DNA of 64,000 nucleotides from a virus (IMGVR_UViG_3300032270_001445:21239-85238), one strand, 5' to 3'; shown: positions 19,091 through 29,601, numbered from the stretch's first letter. Notes: generated from the sequence alone by a model not told the origin. Made by a program: numbers and translations.

Positions 19091-19776
19091 AGCCCCAGAT
19101 CATTCCGATTGAGGAGCCAGCGGATCACCGAGTATATTGGAGATGCTACAGCGACCTACCGCGACACAAGAAGCTATGGCGCTTGCCCGACAACAACGCA
19201 CGGTGGGCGTGGGTAGTTCTTCTCTGCTCGGCATCGGAAACAAACGGCGTGTTTGAATCAGATCAGCATGTTGAGGGGCTCGTCGGAACGCAGAACGCAA
19301 AGTTCCTTCCGCACTTCCGAAGGGTCGGATTGATGGATGGTCTTGCTGTTCACGATTGGGACGAGTGGCAGGAGCCAGCAGACGGCATGGCGCAGGCTCG
19401 CGCAAATCTTGCGGCGGCTGGAAGGGCGAGGCTTGACCGACTTGGATTGCGAGATGATCACGACACACCAGTTGCCAGGAGCCTGAAGGAGTGGCTCTCA
19501 TATGTCGTTGCTGGGCCGAACACGCAGGGAAGGCTCGGTGAGTTCTTTGGTGCGATGCTTGGGGTTGTGCCGCAACGAAGCGAATACAGCCGCATTGCAA
19601 AGTTGATGAAAGATTTCCCTGGAGGGATTCCAGCGCTCATGGCAGCAGTTTGCGACGCGGCACTTAGGGACCTCAAGGGAGATCCGATCTCCTATTTGAC
19701 GGCAATAAGCCAGAAGCGTAAGATAACTCCAGTCAGGCAAACATCAAGCGCCAGAGATGCGCATTTGGAGGATTGA
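19087..19776 (+). CDS. Replication initiator / replisome-organiser-like protein
   Basis: RHKKLWRL...WAWVVLLCSAS...VHDWDEWQ N-domain; immediately before a DnaC-like gene. Confidence 0.65.
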   Translation: MKPQIIPIEEPADHRVYWRCYSDLPRHKKLWRLPDNNARWAWVVLLCSASETNGVFESDQHVEGLVGTQNAKFLPHFRRVGLMDGLAVHDWDEWQEPADGMAQARANLAAAGRARLDRLGLRDDHDTPVARSLKEWLSYVVAGPNTQGRLGEFFGAMLGVVPQRSEYSRIAKLMKDFPGGIPALMAAVCDAALRDLKGDPISYLTAISQKRKITPVRQTSSARDAHLED

Positions 19777-20417
19777 TGACAGAAGTAGTGTACCTAGAAG
19801 ATGTGCAGAATAAAACTGTGCCACCAAGCGACATCAAGGAAGCCCTGCGAAAGTCGGGAATCCCTGAACGTTATATGAACAGCACCTTTGCGCAGTTTGA
19901 GTCCCAGAAGGAATCAAAGACCGCACTGCAGGCTGCACAGGACTGGGCTGCTGAACCGCTGGGCGAGCGCGGACTCCTCTTTGTCGGTCCTCCTGGAACG
20001 GGAAAGACCCACCTCGCCGTCGCTGCGGTACGAGAGAAGGTTGCCCAGGGTCTCCTTGGCGCTCGTTTCATCAACGTCCCGTTGTTCCTTGATCGCATCC
20101 GATCATCCATGAAGTATAATGACGCAGAAGTAGTAGCCATGTTTGAATACTGCCTGGAAAAGGCTTCGGTCGTCATTCTTGATGATCTTGGCAAGGAGAA
20201 GGCCACGGACTGGGCGGCGGAGAGGCTCTACGTATTAGTGGAGAGTCGATATAGTGCGTGCAAAGCGACCATCGCAACGACGAACCGCGGACTTGACGAG
20301 CTCGACGCCCTTGGATATGGGGCTCTCGTCTCCCGCCTACAGCAGACCTGTCGCGCTGTCAAAGTGGGAGGGTCGGACCAGCGTATCCGACTTGGAAGGC
20401 TGGACCAGACCACTTGA
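19773..20417 (+). CDS. DnaC/IstB-like AAA+ helicase loader
   Basis: GPPGTGKTHLA Walker A, VILDDLG Walker B, TTN, SRL. Confidence 0.9.
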   Translation: MMTEVVYLEDVQNKTVPPSDIKEALRKSGIPERYMNSTFAQFESQKESKTALQAAQDWAAEPLGERGLLFVGPPGTGKTHLAVAAVREKVAQGLLGARFINVPLFLDRIRSSMKYNDAEVVAMFEYCLEKASVVILDDLGKEKATDWAAERLYVLVESRYSACKATIATTNRGLDELDALGYGALVSRLQQTCRAVKVGGSDQRIRLGRLDQTT

Positions 20418-20769
20418 GATACGCCTGAACGGAAGACCCCCCTCGTGGAACAGGGCCTACCGTGTCGCAGGCAGGATTTTCTACATGACCAGGGAAGCCA
20501 AAGCGTGGAAGGAGGAAGTGACACGACAGACGATTGCTGCTATAGTGGCAAGGCCGGACTTTATTCCGGTGGATAAGAAGCGTATTGTCATCGACATCTG
20601 GGCGCATTTAAATCGCCCAATGGACGCGGACAATTTGCTGAAGCTCACGCTCGATGCGATCGCGACGGGGCTTCAAGTGAACGATCGCTGGTTCATTCCA
20701 CGTGTGTGGGAACTAGAGTTTGGGAACAAGGATGAGCATATCGTCCTCGCTCTCAGTCAGGAGTTGTAA
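20392..20769 (+). CDS. rusA: RusA Holliday junction resolvase (start uncertain)
   Basis: PPSWNRAY...DADNLLKLTLDAI...VNDRW. Confidence 0.85.
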   Translation: MEGWTRPLEIRLNGRPPSWNRAYRVAGRIFYMTREAKAWKEEVTRQTIAAIVARPDFIPVDKKRIVIDIWAHLNRPMDADNLLKLTLDAIATGLQVNDRWFIPRVWELEFGNKDEHIVLALSQEL

Positions 20770-21147
20770 ATGGCTAAGGAGAGACTGGAGATCACGGGGC
20801 GACTCGGATCAAAGCCAGAGATGCGAAACACCAAGAACGGCAAGCAGGTGAGCTCTTTCAGCGTTGCTGTGAAGAACAAGCGCGCTGGCGAAGAGACTAC
20901 CAACTGGTACGACATTTCAGTTTGGGAGAAGCAGGCGGAACTTGCCGTTCGCCTTCTCGACAAGGGCGACCTCGTGTGCGTTGCTGGAACGCCAAGCGTG
21001 AAGACATTCACGACGCGTACTGGCGAGCAGAAGTCGTCGATTCAGATTACCGCCCAGACGTTTGATCTCCTTGCAAAGGGCAAGAACGCAGTCGGCGCGG
21101 TAAAGGCAGAGCCAGAGGAGCCAGACTTCTCTGAGGTTCCGTTCTGA
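20770..21147 (+). CDS. ssb: Single-stranded DNA-binding protein
   Basis: ITGRLGSKPEMR...KGDLVCVAG; acidic EVPF C-terminus. Confidence 0.92.
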   Translation: MAKERLEITGRLGSKPEMRNTKNGKQVSSFSVAVKNKRAGEETTNWYDISVWEKQAELAVRLLDKGDLVCVAGTPSVKTFTTRTGEQKSSIQITAQTFDLLAKGKNAVGAVKAEPEEPDFSEVPF

Positions 21148-21248
21148 TGGAACTCGGCACGTTCTTTAGTTACGTGGCAGCAGTTGTTATCGGCTCCACG
21201 CTCACGCTGGCCCTCTGGACTCTTTGGTTCAGAATCGTCAATAGATAA
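21147..21248 (+). CDS. 33-aa single-TM peptide
   Basis: MELGTFFSYVAAVVIGSTLTLALWTLWFRIVNR; TGATG coupling. Confidence 0.5.
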   Translation: MELGTFFSYVAAVVIGSTLTLALWTLWFRIVNR

Positions 21249-21339
21249 CAATGTCACTTCTCCTTAGGAGACCCGTACCCAAGAGTTATCCTAGTGGCTC
21301 TTGGGTACGGGAACCAGTGATCCTCGCGCGAGGCTCAAG

Positions 21340-21639
21340 ATGAAGCAGGGTCGTATGGTTATAGCCATACAAGAAGACACTGTTCAGATTGTTCCTTTTT
21401 CTACTCTTCGTTATGATGGCACAAGCGAAAAAATTTTTTGTGGGAAGCTTGCGGTAGCGGCTAGTTTGGCTGTTAACCACATACGCCTGCTACCTGACCG
21501 CCGCTACAGGCAACTTATTGCCAGCAGATACGCCCCAGGATATTACCCAGAACTCTGGCAACGCTGGGCGCTTGACGCATGGCATGTCAGTACGCCGATA
21601 GACGAACGGTCCCTTGCAAAGGTGAGGAAGATCAAGTGA
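21340..21639 (+). CDS. Hypothetical protein
   Basis: ORF in operon. Confidence 0.45.
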   Translation: MKQGRMVIAIQEDTVQIVPFSTLRYDGTSEKIFCGKLAVAASLAVNHIRLLPDRRYRQLIASRYAPGYYPELWQRWALDAWHVSTPIDERSLAKVRKIK

Positions 21640-21941
21640 GGGGCAAAGAGATTACTGAGTTCCAGTACCGAGGAGAACCAGTCAAGCTCTACATGGACCG
21701 ATACCCTAGTGGACAAGTTGCTATCATTGCCTACGGCGTCTATGGGGAGCCCTATGGGACCCTCAGCGTCAATCTTGACGACCTGCCACCGGGAGGATCG
21801 TTCTGGGTCAAGGGGTGGAATGAGAACGCAGAGTTTGCTGCGTGTGCATGGGGTAGTGGTGTTTTCGCCAAGGCAGGTACGACACGGATTCCGTCCCCTG
21901 GTGGGGTTATTACTGTAGAGGCTTGGTTTATCAAGCCATAA
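21636..21941 (+). CDS. DUF4313-like protein
   Basis: YPSGQVAIIAY...GEPYGTLSVNL pattern. Confidence 0.5.
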   Translation: MRGKEITEFQYRGEPVKLYMDRYPSGQVAIIAYGVYGEPYGTLSVNLDDLPPGGSFWVKGWNENAEFAACAWGSGVFAKAGTTRIPSPGGVITVEAWFIKP

Positions 21942-21950
21942 GGAGGGAAT

Positions 21951-22349
21951 GTGGACGAACAGACAGTTATTACGAGACCAGTTATCGAACAGATCGACGA
22001 TGTGCTTTACGCTGACGGTTGGGAGGACTGCCTTGTAGGCCATGGGAACATCTTCCACGGCTCGGATGGCCCACTCATTGTCGCCATTTATGATCGGAAT
22101 AAGATCCTCAAGCGCATAATGGACGATGTCATTGAGACGTGCAATGCCAACAATCCTGGCGATACGCACGAGAACTGCTTCCACTATGAGGAGGCAGACG
22201 AATATATCTCCTTCAATATGGAGGGTGCCTTCATCAAGCCAGGCATGCCGGTGTACGCTTCGTTTCAGGCGCACCCAGGCGTAGTCTCCGACTGGAGCAT
22301 CGAGATTGAAGATGGTGGCATCTGTGCCCAGTGCAAGGAGAAGATTTAA
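21951..22349 (+). CDS. Conserved phage hypothetical protein
   Basis: ADGWEDCLVG...IYDRNKIL...EEADEYISFNMEGA pattern; AGGAGG RBS. Confidence 0.65.
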   Translation: MDEQTVITRPVIEQIDDVLYADGWEDCLVGHGNIFHGSDGPLIVAIYDRNKILKRIMDDVIETCNANNPGDTHENCFHYEEADEYISFNMEGAFIKPGMPVYASFQAHPGVVSDWSIEIEDGGICAQCKEKI

Positions 22350-22729
22350 TGTGCCTCGCATGCGACAGCATGGACGCTCGTCTGCACCGCGAACTAGCCG
22401 ATCTCCACGAGGAGCCAGCAGTACCGCAAGAGGAGATTGACGGACTCGTCAACCGCCTCAACCGTATGGCTGGATTCCCTGATGGGCTCAAGGGAAAGAC
22501 CACCCCTGGATTTTTCCGTCTTCTTTCTGACTACGGCGGAACAAGTCTTGTCCGCGTCGTCAATGATGCTGGCGGAGTCCGCGCAGTCATGGGCGGGTAC
22601 CATCCCGCCAAGAACTTTTACTCCGTGCTTCGTGGCTTTGTCATGGGGATGGATGAGTCTTCGCAGGGCCTAGACCATTATCAAGCCGTAGCAGACGGAT
22701 ATAAGGAACGCGGCTATTCCGCGTGGTAG
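22349..22729 (+). CDS. Hypothetical protein
   Basis: TAATG coupling. Confidence 0.55.
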   Translation: MCLACDSMDARLHRELADLHEEPAVPQEEIDGLVNRLNRMAGFPDGLKGKTTPGFFRLLSDYGGTSLVRVVNDAGGVRAVMGGYHPAKNFYSVLRGFVMGMDESSQGLDHYQAVADGYKERGYSAW

Positions 22730-22737
22730 GAGGGGAC

Positions 22738-23169
22738 ATGATCACACAAGATTGTTGCATCTGTGCATGCGTTGGGTGTAGTGAGGGCAACTGCTGCGAC
22801 CACAGCGCAGGGAACCGAGGGGATCTTCCTCTCAGTTTCAGCTCGTACCAGCGGGGGGCCTCCATCACCGCGCGCGGCAATATAACCCTCCCCGACGCCA
22901 AGGGTCGCGCTGCTATTGCAGCCATGGGCCTTGCCGGTGAGTCTGGCGAGCTTATTGACCACCTCAAGAAGTGGGTCGGCCACGGGCACGATCTCGATCG
23001 CACCTACCTACTCATGGAGCTTGGTGATATCCTGTGGTATGTCGCAGAGATTGCGACGGTTGTTGGCATTGACCTTGGCGAGGTCGCCAGGGTGAATGAA
23101 AGAAAGTTGCGCATGCGGTACCCAGCGGGGTTCTCCGTAGAGCGCAGCGTCAATCGGGAGGATGCATGA
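22738..23169 (+). CDS. mazG: MazG-like nucleotide pyrophosphohydrolase
   Basis: GLAGESGELIDHLKK...ELGDILWY...NERKLRMRYP. Confidence 0.88.
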   Translation: MITQDCCICACVGCSEGNCCDHSAGNRGDLPLSFSSYQRGASITARGNITLPDAKGRAAIAAMGLAGESGELIDHLKKWVGHGHDLDRTYLLMELGDILWYVAEIATVVGIDLGEVARVNERKLRMRYPAGFSVERSVNREDA

Positions 23170-23449
23170 AGAGCAAGAGACCAATCAAGTCCAAGGGCGA
23201 TTCAAAGTTCATCTATACCGGTAAGCCAAGCGAACTTAACCGCAGCACATCGTCAGTGTACGCTGGCCTGGTCCTGGTTATCGGTGCGCTGCTGGTCCTC
23301 GCCGCAATTTATCGCGAATATTTCCGATAGTAGGGGGTTGTATGAAGAAAAACCAAGAATTTACTTTGCGCAGTAGGCGTGATGCTCTGGTAATGCAGGT
23401 CATTAGCCTCGTATTGCTGGTGGTATTCCTAAAGGTTGTTGGCTTCTAA
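23166..23449 (+). CDS. Two small single-TM proteins (23166-23330 and 23342-23449)
   Basis: Manual translation; each has one hydrophobic segment. Confidence 0.45.
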
Positions 23450-24189
23450 TGCCGCAGCCACTCGCAAATTTACCGCCGATTTCTTGCTATGTGAGGAAGG
23501 AGTATCTCCGCGACCTTCAGGATGGGCACGGCGAGTTCACTCCTGCCTACTGGGTGACCGTCAAGGCGCTCCGTCACCGTGCGCTGTATGTCGAGGCATT
23601 CTTGCCAGAGTACGGCGCGTTGTACGATAAGTTGCCTATCAGCGCGTTCACCACGAGACCGGAGACCCCAACGCCCGATCTTCCGCTGGGGACGCTCCAG
23701 TTGTGGGATGTTGGGACAAACGCGATCTCCGTTGTGGAGAAGGCGTTCCTCAAGGGGATGCACTGCAAGTTCCGCGACCCAAAGGGTTCGTGGCACCGAG
23801 GCACCTACCTCTTTACGGTTGACTTGGTAGAGGGTGACCCGAACGAGCTTGATACCGGGTATTCGAGACTACCGTCAGAGCACAAGTCGTACAATTTCAT
23901 TAAGATGGATAACGGACAGTTTGGCGCGCAGCCGAACAATCGCATTCTTTGGGATGACGAAGCCCTTGTTCACAGAAATAAGAAGATTCCAGACTTCAGG
24001 GTCAGCACGATAGAGTTCTCAGCAGAGGGTGAGCGATTTGCCCCACTCGGTGACAGCGATAGCTGGACCTACGAGGAGCCAAAATTCATCACCAAGGCGG
24101 ACGACGACGATGCCGCCGCAGAAGCAATGTTCACGAAGCCGATTAACCCAGACAATGTCACAAGCATGGCAAGAGATTTAAAGAAGTAG
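23449..24189 (+). CDS. Conserved phage hypothetical protein
   Basis: PPISCYVRKEYL...GHGEF...LPISAF...AQPNNRILW pattern familiar from aquatic phages. Confidence 0.7.
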   Translation: MPQPLANLPPISCYVRKEYLRDLQDGHGEFTPAYWVTVKALRHRALYVEAFLPEYGALYDKLPISAFTTRPETPTPDLPLGTLQLWDVGTNAISVVEKAFLKGMHCKFRDPKGSWHRGTYLFTVDLVEGDPNELDTGYSRLPSEHKSYNFIKMDNGQFGAQPNNRILWDDEALVHRNKKIPDFRVSTIEFSAEGERFAPLGDSDSWTYEEPKFITKADDDDAAAEAMFTKPINPDNVTSMARDLKK

Positions 24190-24200
24190 GGGGTGTGTAA

Positions 24201-25001
24201 ATGGGGAAGAAGTCAAAGCAGGTAAAGAATCAGCAGGCGCCAAAGCTGCAGTCAAAGATCTCCATCTACGCGGGTGGACCGGTCGCACACGAGATCAATC
24301 CAAGAAACGCCACGGGCCTCATGGAGTTGCAACGAGACGCCGGTAGAAACGGCATCCCGTTTAAGTGGAAGATCATCCACGGATCATCAGTGCTCCCAGA
24401 CGCCCGAAACATTGTCTGCAAGCAATTCCTGGAAAGCGGGTACAGCCACCTCTTCATGGTGGACGCAGATATCGCCTTTTCTGGTTTTGATGTCTTGAGG
24501 GCTATCGCAACGGGTAAGGATATTGTCGGTCTGCCTTGTGCCAAGAGATCAGCAGACTTCGAGCTTGCCGTAGAGGTCATGAGGAAGTTCCCAGAAATAC
24601 CAGCAAAAAACCTTGCTGCGTATATCGGCGGTGTCAACTTCATGCCGCTTGACGAGAACACAAAGCCAGACCTTGACATGACCCTCAAGGTGAAGCACAT
24701 CGGCACTGGCGCCATGATCATCTCGAGAGAGTCGATGCTGAAGTTTGCCAAGGAGTACCCAGAGCGGTATTATCACAACACGATCACTGGTGATCGGCTC
24801 GTTGAATACTTCCGCTTCTGGACAAATCCGGAGACGAAGGAGCAGTGGGGCGAAGACTACGGTTTCTGCCAAGATATGCGAGGAATTGGCATTGACGTCC
24901 ACGCACTCATCGACGCGAAGACCGTGCACTACGGTTCATTTGGATACGAGTGCGACTTCTCAAAGCTCGCATCTCATTATATAACGAAGGAGAAGGTATG
25001 A
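24201..25001 (+). CDS. GT-A-fold glycosyltransferase-like protein
   Basis: ARNIVC...HLFMVDADIAF (DxD), IGTGAMII, GEDYGFC. Confidence 0.7.
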   Translation: MGKKSKQVKNQQAPKLQSKISIYAGGPVAHEINPRNATGLMELQRDAGRNGIPFKWKIIHGSSVLPDARNIVCKQFLESGYSHLFMVDADIAFSGFDVLRAIATGKDIVGLPCAKRSADFELAVEVMRKFPEIPAKNLAAYIGGVNFMPLDENTKPDLDMTLKVKHIGTGAMIISRESMLKFAKEYPERYYHNTITGDRLVEYFRFWTNPETKEQWGEDYGFCQDMRGIGIDVHALIDAKTVHYGSFGYECDFSKLASHYITKEKV

Positions 25002-25297
25002 GCGACTCAAAAGAGGATCTAAAGAAAATTGCCGAGGGCATCTCTGAGCAGCTATCAAAGTTGTCAGCGGAACTCCCAGACGGGGAGCGCCTCCATATGC
25101 TGGAGTTCCTCAGGGAAGCAAACGTGTGGTCTGCATCATCTCAGGTGTTTGACCCAAAGGCGGAAAACTATTTGAACAACCTGGAATATCTTGACGGTGT
25201 GGAGAAGCCAAAGGGTGATTGGGTCACCGTTGGGTACGCTGCAGGAGAGACCATTGCAGAGGCGATTGCCAACCTCGTCGTCAAGAGGAAGTCGTGA
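24998..25297 (+). CDS. Hypothetical protein
   Basis: AAGG RBS, ATGA overlap. Confidence 0.55.
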   Translation: MSDSKEDLKKIAEGISEQLSKLSAELPDGERLHMLEFLREANVWSASSQVFDPKAENYLNNLEYLDGVEKPKGDWVTVGYAAGETIAEAIANLVVKRKS

Positions 25298-25545
25298 GCG
25301 TCCCCTGGAGCAAGTACGCCTCCCTGACTCACGAAGAGGCAGAGTTGAGCCTGTCCAGCGGCGGCTACCTGCTGGCAGCAATCCATAGAGCCTTCGTGGA
25401 CGGAGACTGGATGGCTGTCGCCTATGACAAGAAGGGCAGGAAGTACGCTGCAAAGGGCAGAAATCCTCATGAGGCGGTCTGTAGGCTCGCGTGGGAGCTC
25501 ATGATGCGGTCGTCCAATCAACAGGGCTCTACGGGCCGCAAATAG
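25294..25545 (+). CDS. Hypothetical protein (last gene of the replication operon)
   Basis: GTGA overlap; AAKGRNPHEAVCRLAW. Confidence 0.5.
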   Translation: MSVPWSKYASLTHEEAELSLSSGGYLLAAIHRAFVDGDWMAVAYDKKGRKYAAKGRNPHEAVCRLAWELMMRSSNQQGSTGRK

Positions 25546-25594
25546 GCATTTCCGGGGCTTCTGCAACGCTCTCCGAGAGTGATTATCGAACCGC

Positions 25595-25680
25595 CAACCC
25601 CCACATTGTGAAAAAAAGGTAGGCGTCCCTAGCGCAGGTGGGGAGGGGGGGTCAAAGGGTACACGCGAGGGGTTAGACCC
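25595..25680. other. C-run / A7 / G-run segment at the operon-array boundary (possible genome end or G4)
   Basis: aacccccacattgtgaaaaaaagg...ggtggggagggggggtcaaagggtacacgcgagggg. Confidence 0.35.
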
Positions 25681-25777
25681 GCCCCTCCGGGGCTATCGGT
25701 CGTCCCAAGATGAGGCACGCTCTCGGCGTATTGTTCTTGTACGGGGGACTTCCCCGCGAAGTACAGAGGAGGCAATC

Positions 25778-26071
25778 ATGGACACGATCGGTACAGCAAT
25801 CAAGGCTCTCTTCGTGGGAGTCATCGCAGCCAATCTTCTCGCGTGGCAGCATCTCGTTCTTGGATTCGATAGCCGTTCTATTCAGATGGTGAACCCGATC
25901 GAGATCATCGTAGCGCTCCTCGCAGGAGTCACGGTGTTCCGAGCATTCTACGCATGGACGCACGATACACTCTTCCCGGCGATGGACAGGGTATTCGAGA
26001 AGATCGACGCAATGCGAGAGAAGCGAAAGGCTCGCGTGACTTGCCCATGCGGCAGGCACCACAGCGTCTAG
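25778..26071 (+). CDS. Cassette 1: two-TM membrane protein
   Basis: GGAGG RBS; two hydrophobic helices; CPCGRHH tail. Confidence 0.7.
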   Translation: MDTIGTAIKALFVGVIAANLLAWQHLVLGFDSRSIQMVNPIEIIVALLAGVTVFRAFYAWTHDTLFPAMDRVFEKIDAMREKRKARVTCPCGRHHSV

Positions 26072-26305
26072 CACAGCACCCCACTCACCGCGCGGCGGTG
26101 GGTGGGGTGTTCCAGTCCTCTTCTCTATCTCTCTCTGTTCGATCTCACACACACCTAAGATAACTAACTAACACTAACTAACGTAACCTGACTAAGGTTC
26201 GATTCGGCGCTCCGCGCCTATCGGTGTCACCTGAACTATCTGTCGCTATGGGGCACTATGGACTCACGGGGCAACCGCTCCGTAATAGTAGCAAGGGGGT
26301 ACGCA

Positions 26306-26560
26306 ATGGTAGGAGCACTAGCAGGGTGGAGCACGCGACACGGCGTCGTGTCGCTCCACTATGATATCCGAAACGGCGGCGGTTTCCCAGACACGCTGAC
26401 GTTCGAGCTCGCACGAGTCAATGGCGAATTGGTCGCCAATATTCACAGCGGCGGCTATGCTGCTGCTAGTGATATCAACCTACGCGGTGCTGCTGCCGAG
26501 CAGCGCCTAGTAGACGCTGGTGTCTGGCTAGACTTCCCAGCGTATCTACGTCGAGCGTAG
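26306..26560 (+). CDS. Cassette 2: hypothetical protein
   Basis: AAGGGGG RBS within repeat. Confidence 0.6.
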   Translation: MVGALAGWSTRHGVVSLHYDIRNGGGFPDTLTFELARVNGELVANIHSGGYAAASDINLRGAAAEQRLVDAGVWLDFPAYLRRA

Positions 26561-26788
26561 TCAGCTCGCACGCTTCACCCCGCTCACCGCAATCGTGCGG
26601 TGGGCGGGGTGTTCGTTCTCTCATCTCTATCTCACTGCGTTCGATCTCGCCTGTCCCTAATATAACTAACCGACTAACTAACGTTCGAGACGCCGCTCCG
26701 CGGCTATCGCTATCACCTGAACTACTCTGCTCTATTCCGTATTCTTTGTATGTGAGGCAACCGCTTCACAATAGTATGGAGGTCTGGT

Positions 26789-27076
26789 ATGTGGCATATC
26801 CCGGAGGAAGGGTGCAGACTCACGGTGAAGGGCGACGTCAATGACGTCATCACCGTGTCCTGCAATCTTGATGGTAAAGCAATGGATTATCATTGCGCCG
26901 TCACGCAGCGTGGTCTCTTGATGATGTTCGTCAAGGATCACGGTCATAGCACCGAGTACTATGATGGTCGCAACGCTGTTGGGATTCTAAAGCAGGACCT
27001 AGTATGGGAAACGCTCCCAGACACGTTCCGCTCAATGGTCAATCTATCGGCGGCATCGCTGACGAAGCGACGCTAG
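26789..27076 (+). CDS. Cassette 3: hypothetical protein
   Basis: GGAGG RBS. Confidence 0.7.
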   Translation: MWHIPEEGCRLTVKGDVNDVITVSCNLDGKAMDYHCAVTQRGLLMMFVKDHGHSTEYYDGRNAVGILKQDLVWETLPDTFRSMVNLSAASLTKRR

Positions 27077-27303
27077 TCCAGCCCCCCGCTCACCGCGAAC
27101 GCGCGGTGGGCGGGGTGGTCAATCTCTACTCTCTATCTCACTCTGTTCGATCTCGGCAGTCCCTAATATAACTAACCGACTAACCATAAGGTTCGAGACG
27201 GCGCTCCGCGCCTATCGCCACCACAATGAATGAACTAGGCGATATGCGATTGTAGGTAGGCGACGGACGCGTCGCGTAAGTAGTCATAGCAGAGGAGGTA
27301 AGT

Positions 27304-27591
27304 ATGAGTAAGCACTACGAGCCGCTTCGGTGGGAGGTGCGTATCGGCGCCGTCCTGAACGAAGCAGATAGCGATAGGGTATCGGACTGCATCGTCAGGA
27401 TGCTGGAAGGTATCCGCAAGTCACGCCCTAGCACTTGGATGGAAGATATCCAAGGCGAGTATGCATATACGCTGCTGAACGATGCACTTCGTCCAGCGGG
27501 GTATTGCACTACCGGACGCAACGAAGAGGACGCGTGGATGATCGGCAAGTTGCCGATGGATAGGTGGTCAGCGAACCTGCTGATCGTCTGA
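27304..27591 (+). CDS. Cassette 4: hypothetical protein
   Basis: AGGAGG RBS. Confidence 0.7.
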   Translation: MSKHYEPLRWEVRIGAVLNEADSDRVSDCIVRMLEGIRKSRPSTWMEDIQGEYAYTLLNDALRPAGYCTTGRNEEDAWMIGKLPMDRWSANLLIV

Positions 27592-27826
27592 TTCTACTTC
27601 CCCCAGTCGCGGACGCGCGGCTGGGGGAGTTAGGTTGTCTCTCTCTATCGAACTATGTTCGATCTCGCAACTCCATAATATAACTAACCGACTAACCATA
27701 AGGTTCGAGACGGCGCTCCGCGCCTATCGGCACAACCTGAACTATCCCTCCCCATTGCGTACTCTTCTTGTAGCGGGACGCCGCCGCGATGAATGCGACA
27801 TCGCAATAGTATCAGCAGGAGGCTAT

Positions 27827-28087
27827 ATGAAGGGTAAAGAGCATCCGGCGTTGATGCCGTTTATCGTCGTGGTCGCACGACTCGTTGAGTACTCTATCCC
27901 GATCGCTGCTGAGACAGCAGAAGCGGCGAAAGATATCGCCGAGAAGATGGTCATGGATGGTCATGCTGATGACTACGCCCATGAGTGCGACATCCAAGAG
28001 GATGACGTTAAAGCGAGTGATCCTAGCGATGCGGAGCGCACCGCGTACAGGTTCTTGAACCGGGAGAACGACGAGCACACGTTCTAG
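27827..28087 (+). CDS. Cassette 5: acidic protein, DpnD/PcfM-like motif
   Basis: AGGAGG RBS; EYSIPIAAETAEAAKDIAE. Confidence 0.65.
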   Translation: MKGKEHPALMPFIVVVARLVEYSIPIAAETAEAAKDIAEKMVMDGHADDYAHECDIQEDDVKASDPSDAERTAYRFLNRENDEHTF

Positions 28088-28331
28088 CAGGTAAATCACC
28101 CCCGCCGCAGCGGACGCGCTGCGGCGGGGGTGGTTAGATCACCTCTCTCTATAGAACTTCGTTCTATCTCGAGACGCCCTAATATAACTAACCACCTAAC
28201 TAAGTTCGACTCGCCGCTCCGCGGCTATCGGTACAACCTGACTAAACTTCGCGGTGGGCGTATTCTTCTTGTAGGGGGGACGCTCCCGCGATGAGTGCGA
28301 CATCGCAATAGCAGTTAGCGAGGAGGCTATC

Positions 28332-28619
28332 GTGAAAATGGTAAAGACAATCGGCGACGCGATCGCGCAGTTGCGCGTTCTAGTCTCCGAAGGCACGGCA
28401 CTATACTCGGAGGCGGTCAGTATCGCTAGCCGATCAGATGTCCTGGTGGACCTATTATCAGGGAGCGACCGCGATGCGATGGTTGCTGCTCGCGATGGTG
28501 CGATAGATCGTGCGGCGCGGGTAGCGATTATCAATCGCGCCAACCAACACTCACTCGCTCAGTTAGAGGCTCAGGCAGCAGTCTACGGACTGGACTGGAC
28601 TGGCTACCAGAGCCAGTAG
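28332..28619 (+). CDS. Cassette 6: helical hypothetical protein
   Basis: AGGAGG RBS. Confidence 0.7.
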   Translation: MKMVKTIGDAIAQLRVLVSEGTALYSEAVSIASRSDVLVDLLSGSDRDAMVAARDGAIDRAARVAIINRANQHSLAQLEAQAAVYGLDWTGYQSQ

Positions 28620-28852
28620 TACCGACCACCCTCGTCGCAGCGGACGCGCTGCGGCGGGGGTGGTTAGATCATCTCTCTCTATAGAGAATGGTTCTATCTC
28701 GCCAGCCCATAAGATAACTAACCTAATAACTAACGTTCGATAGGCCGCTCCGCGTCCATCGCCACCACCCTGAATGAGTATCGCGTTGTGGCATTCTTCA
28801 TATGCGGCGGACGCGCCGTATTGTTGTGGTAGTCATAGAGTAGGAGGCAGTT

Positions 28853-29104
28853 ATGAGTCAGTACGGACTAAAGGCAATCGTTAAGGGTAAGGAGCGAAAG
28901 TTCATCTACGGATTCGATCGGGGTATTCCAGAATACTTCTTGACGGATATCACTGATGGTGATGATCCGCAGTGCATCGTTGGCATGCTCGGAGGCGTGT
29001 ACGGCGATAGGATGAACTTGCACGAGAAGATGAACGAACTCGGTCTATGGAAGATGCTCACTGACGATCAGCGCAGCAGAATCCTGATGGATCTTCCGTT
29101 CTGA
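28853..29104 (+). CDS. Cassette 7: hypothetical protein
   Basis: AGGAGG RBS; YGFDRGIPEYF. Confidence 0.7.
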   Translation: MSQYGLKAIVKGKERKFIYGFDRGIPEYFLTDITDGDDPQCIVGMLGGVYGDRMNLHEKMNELGLWKMLTDDQRSRILMDLPF

Positions 29105-29352
29105 ATTTATCACCCCTGCCACGGCGGACGCGCCGCGGCGGGGGTGGTTAGGTCGTTATTCTCTATAGAACTTTGTTCTATCCCGAAACTTCTCAGGATA
29201 ACTAACTGAATAATAACCACTAACTAAGTTCGACTCGCCGCTCCGCGGCTATCGGCTGAACCTGACTAAACTTTGCGAACCGCCTACTCTTCTTGTAGCG
29301 GGACGCCGCCACACTATCGTTGATGGTGTGAATCGCGATAACAGGAGGCGAA

Positions 29353-29601
29353 ATGGAAGCGTTGATGAAACTATTCGCTATGGCATGGATAGCAGAGAAG
29401 CGTTCATGGGAAAATCTGGAAAGATACGAAAACTTTCTTCTTGATCTGGGCAGGGAGCCAATGACGCACCCGTACTACAAAGGGCTTCTGGACCTTTGGA
29501 GTGAATCGCAAAAGGAGACCAAGAGGATCGGCAAGGAACTCCTCAAAGCGTACAGCGAAACGCAGGGCTCCGAATCGTTCTCGGTTCTCTCCGCGAAGTA
29601 G
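29353..29601 (+). CDS. Cassette 8: hypothetical protein
   Basis: AGGAGG RBS. Confidence 0.7.
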   Translation: MEALMKLFAMAWIAEKRSWENLERYENFLLDLGREPMTHPYYKGLLDLWSESQKETKRIGKELLKAYSETQGSESFSVLSAK

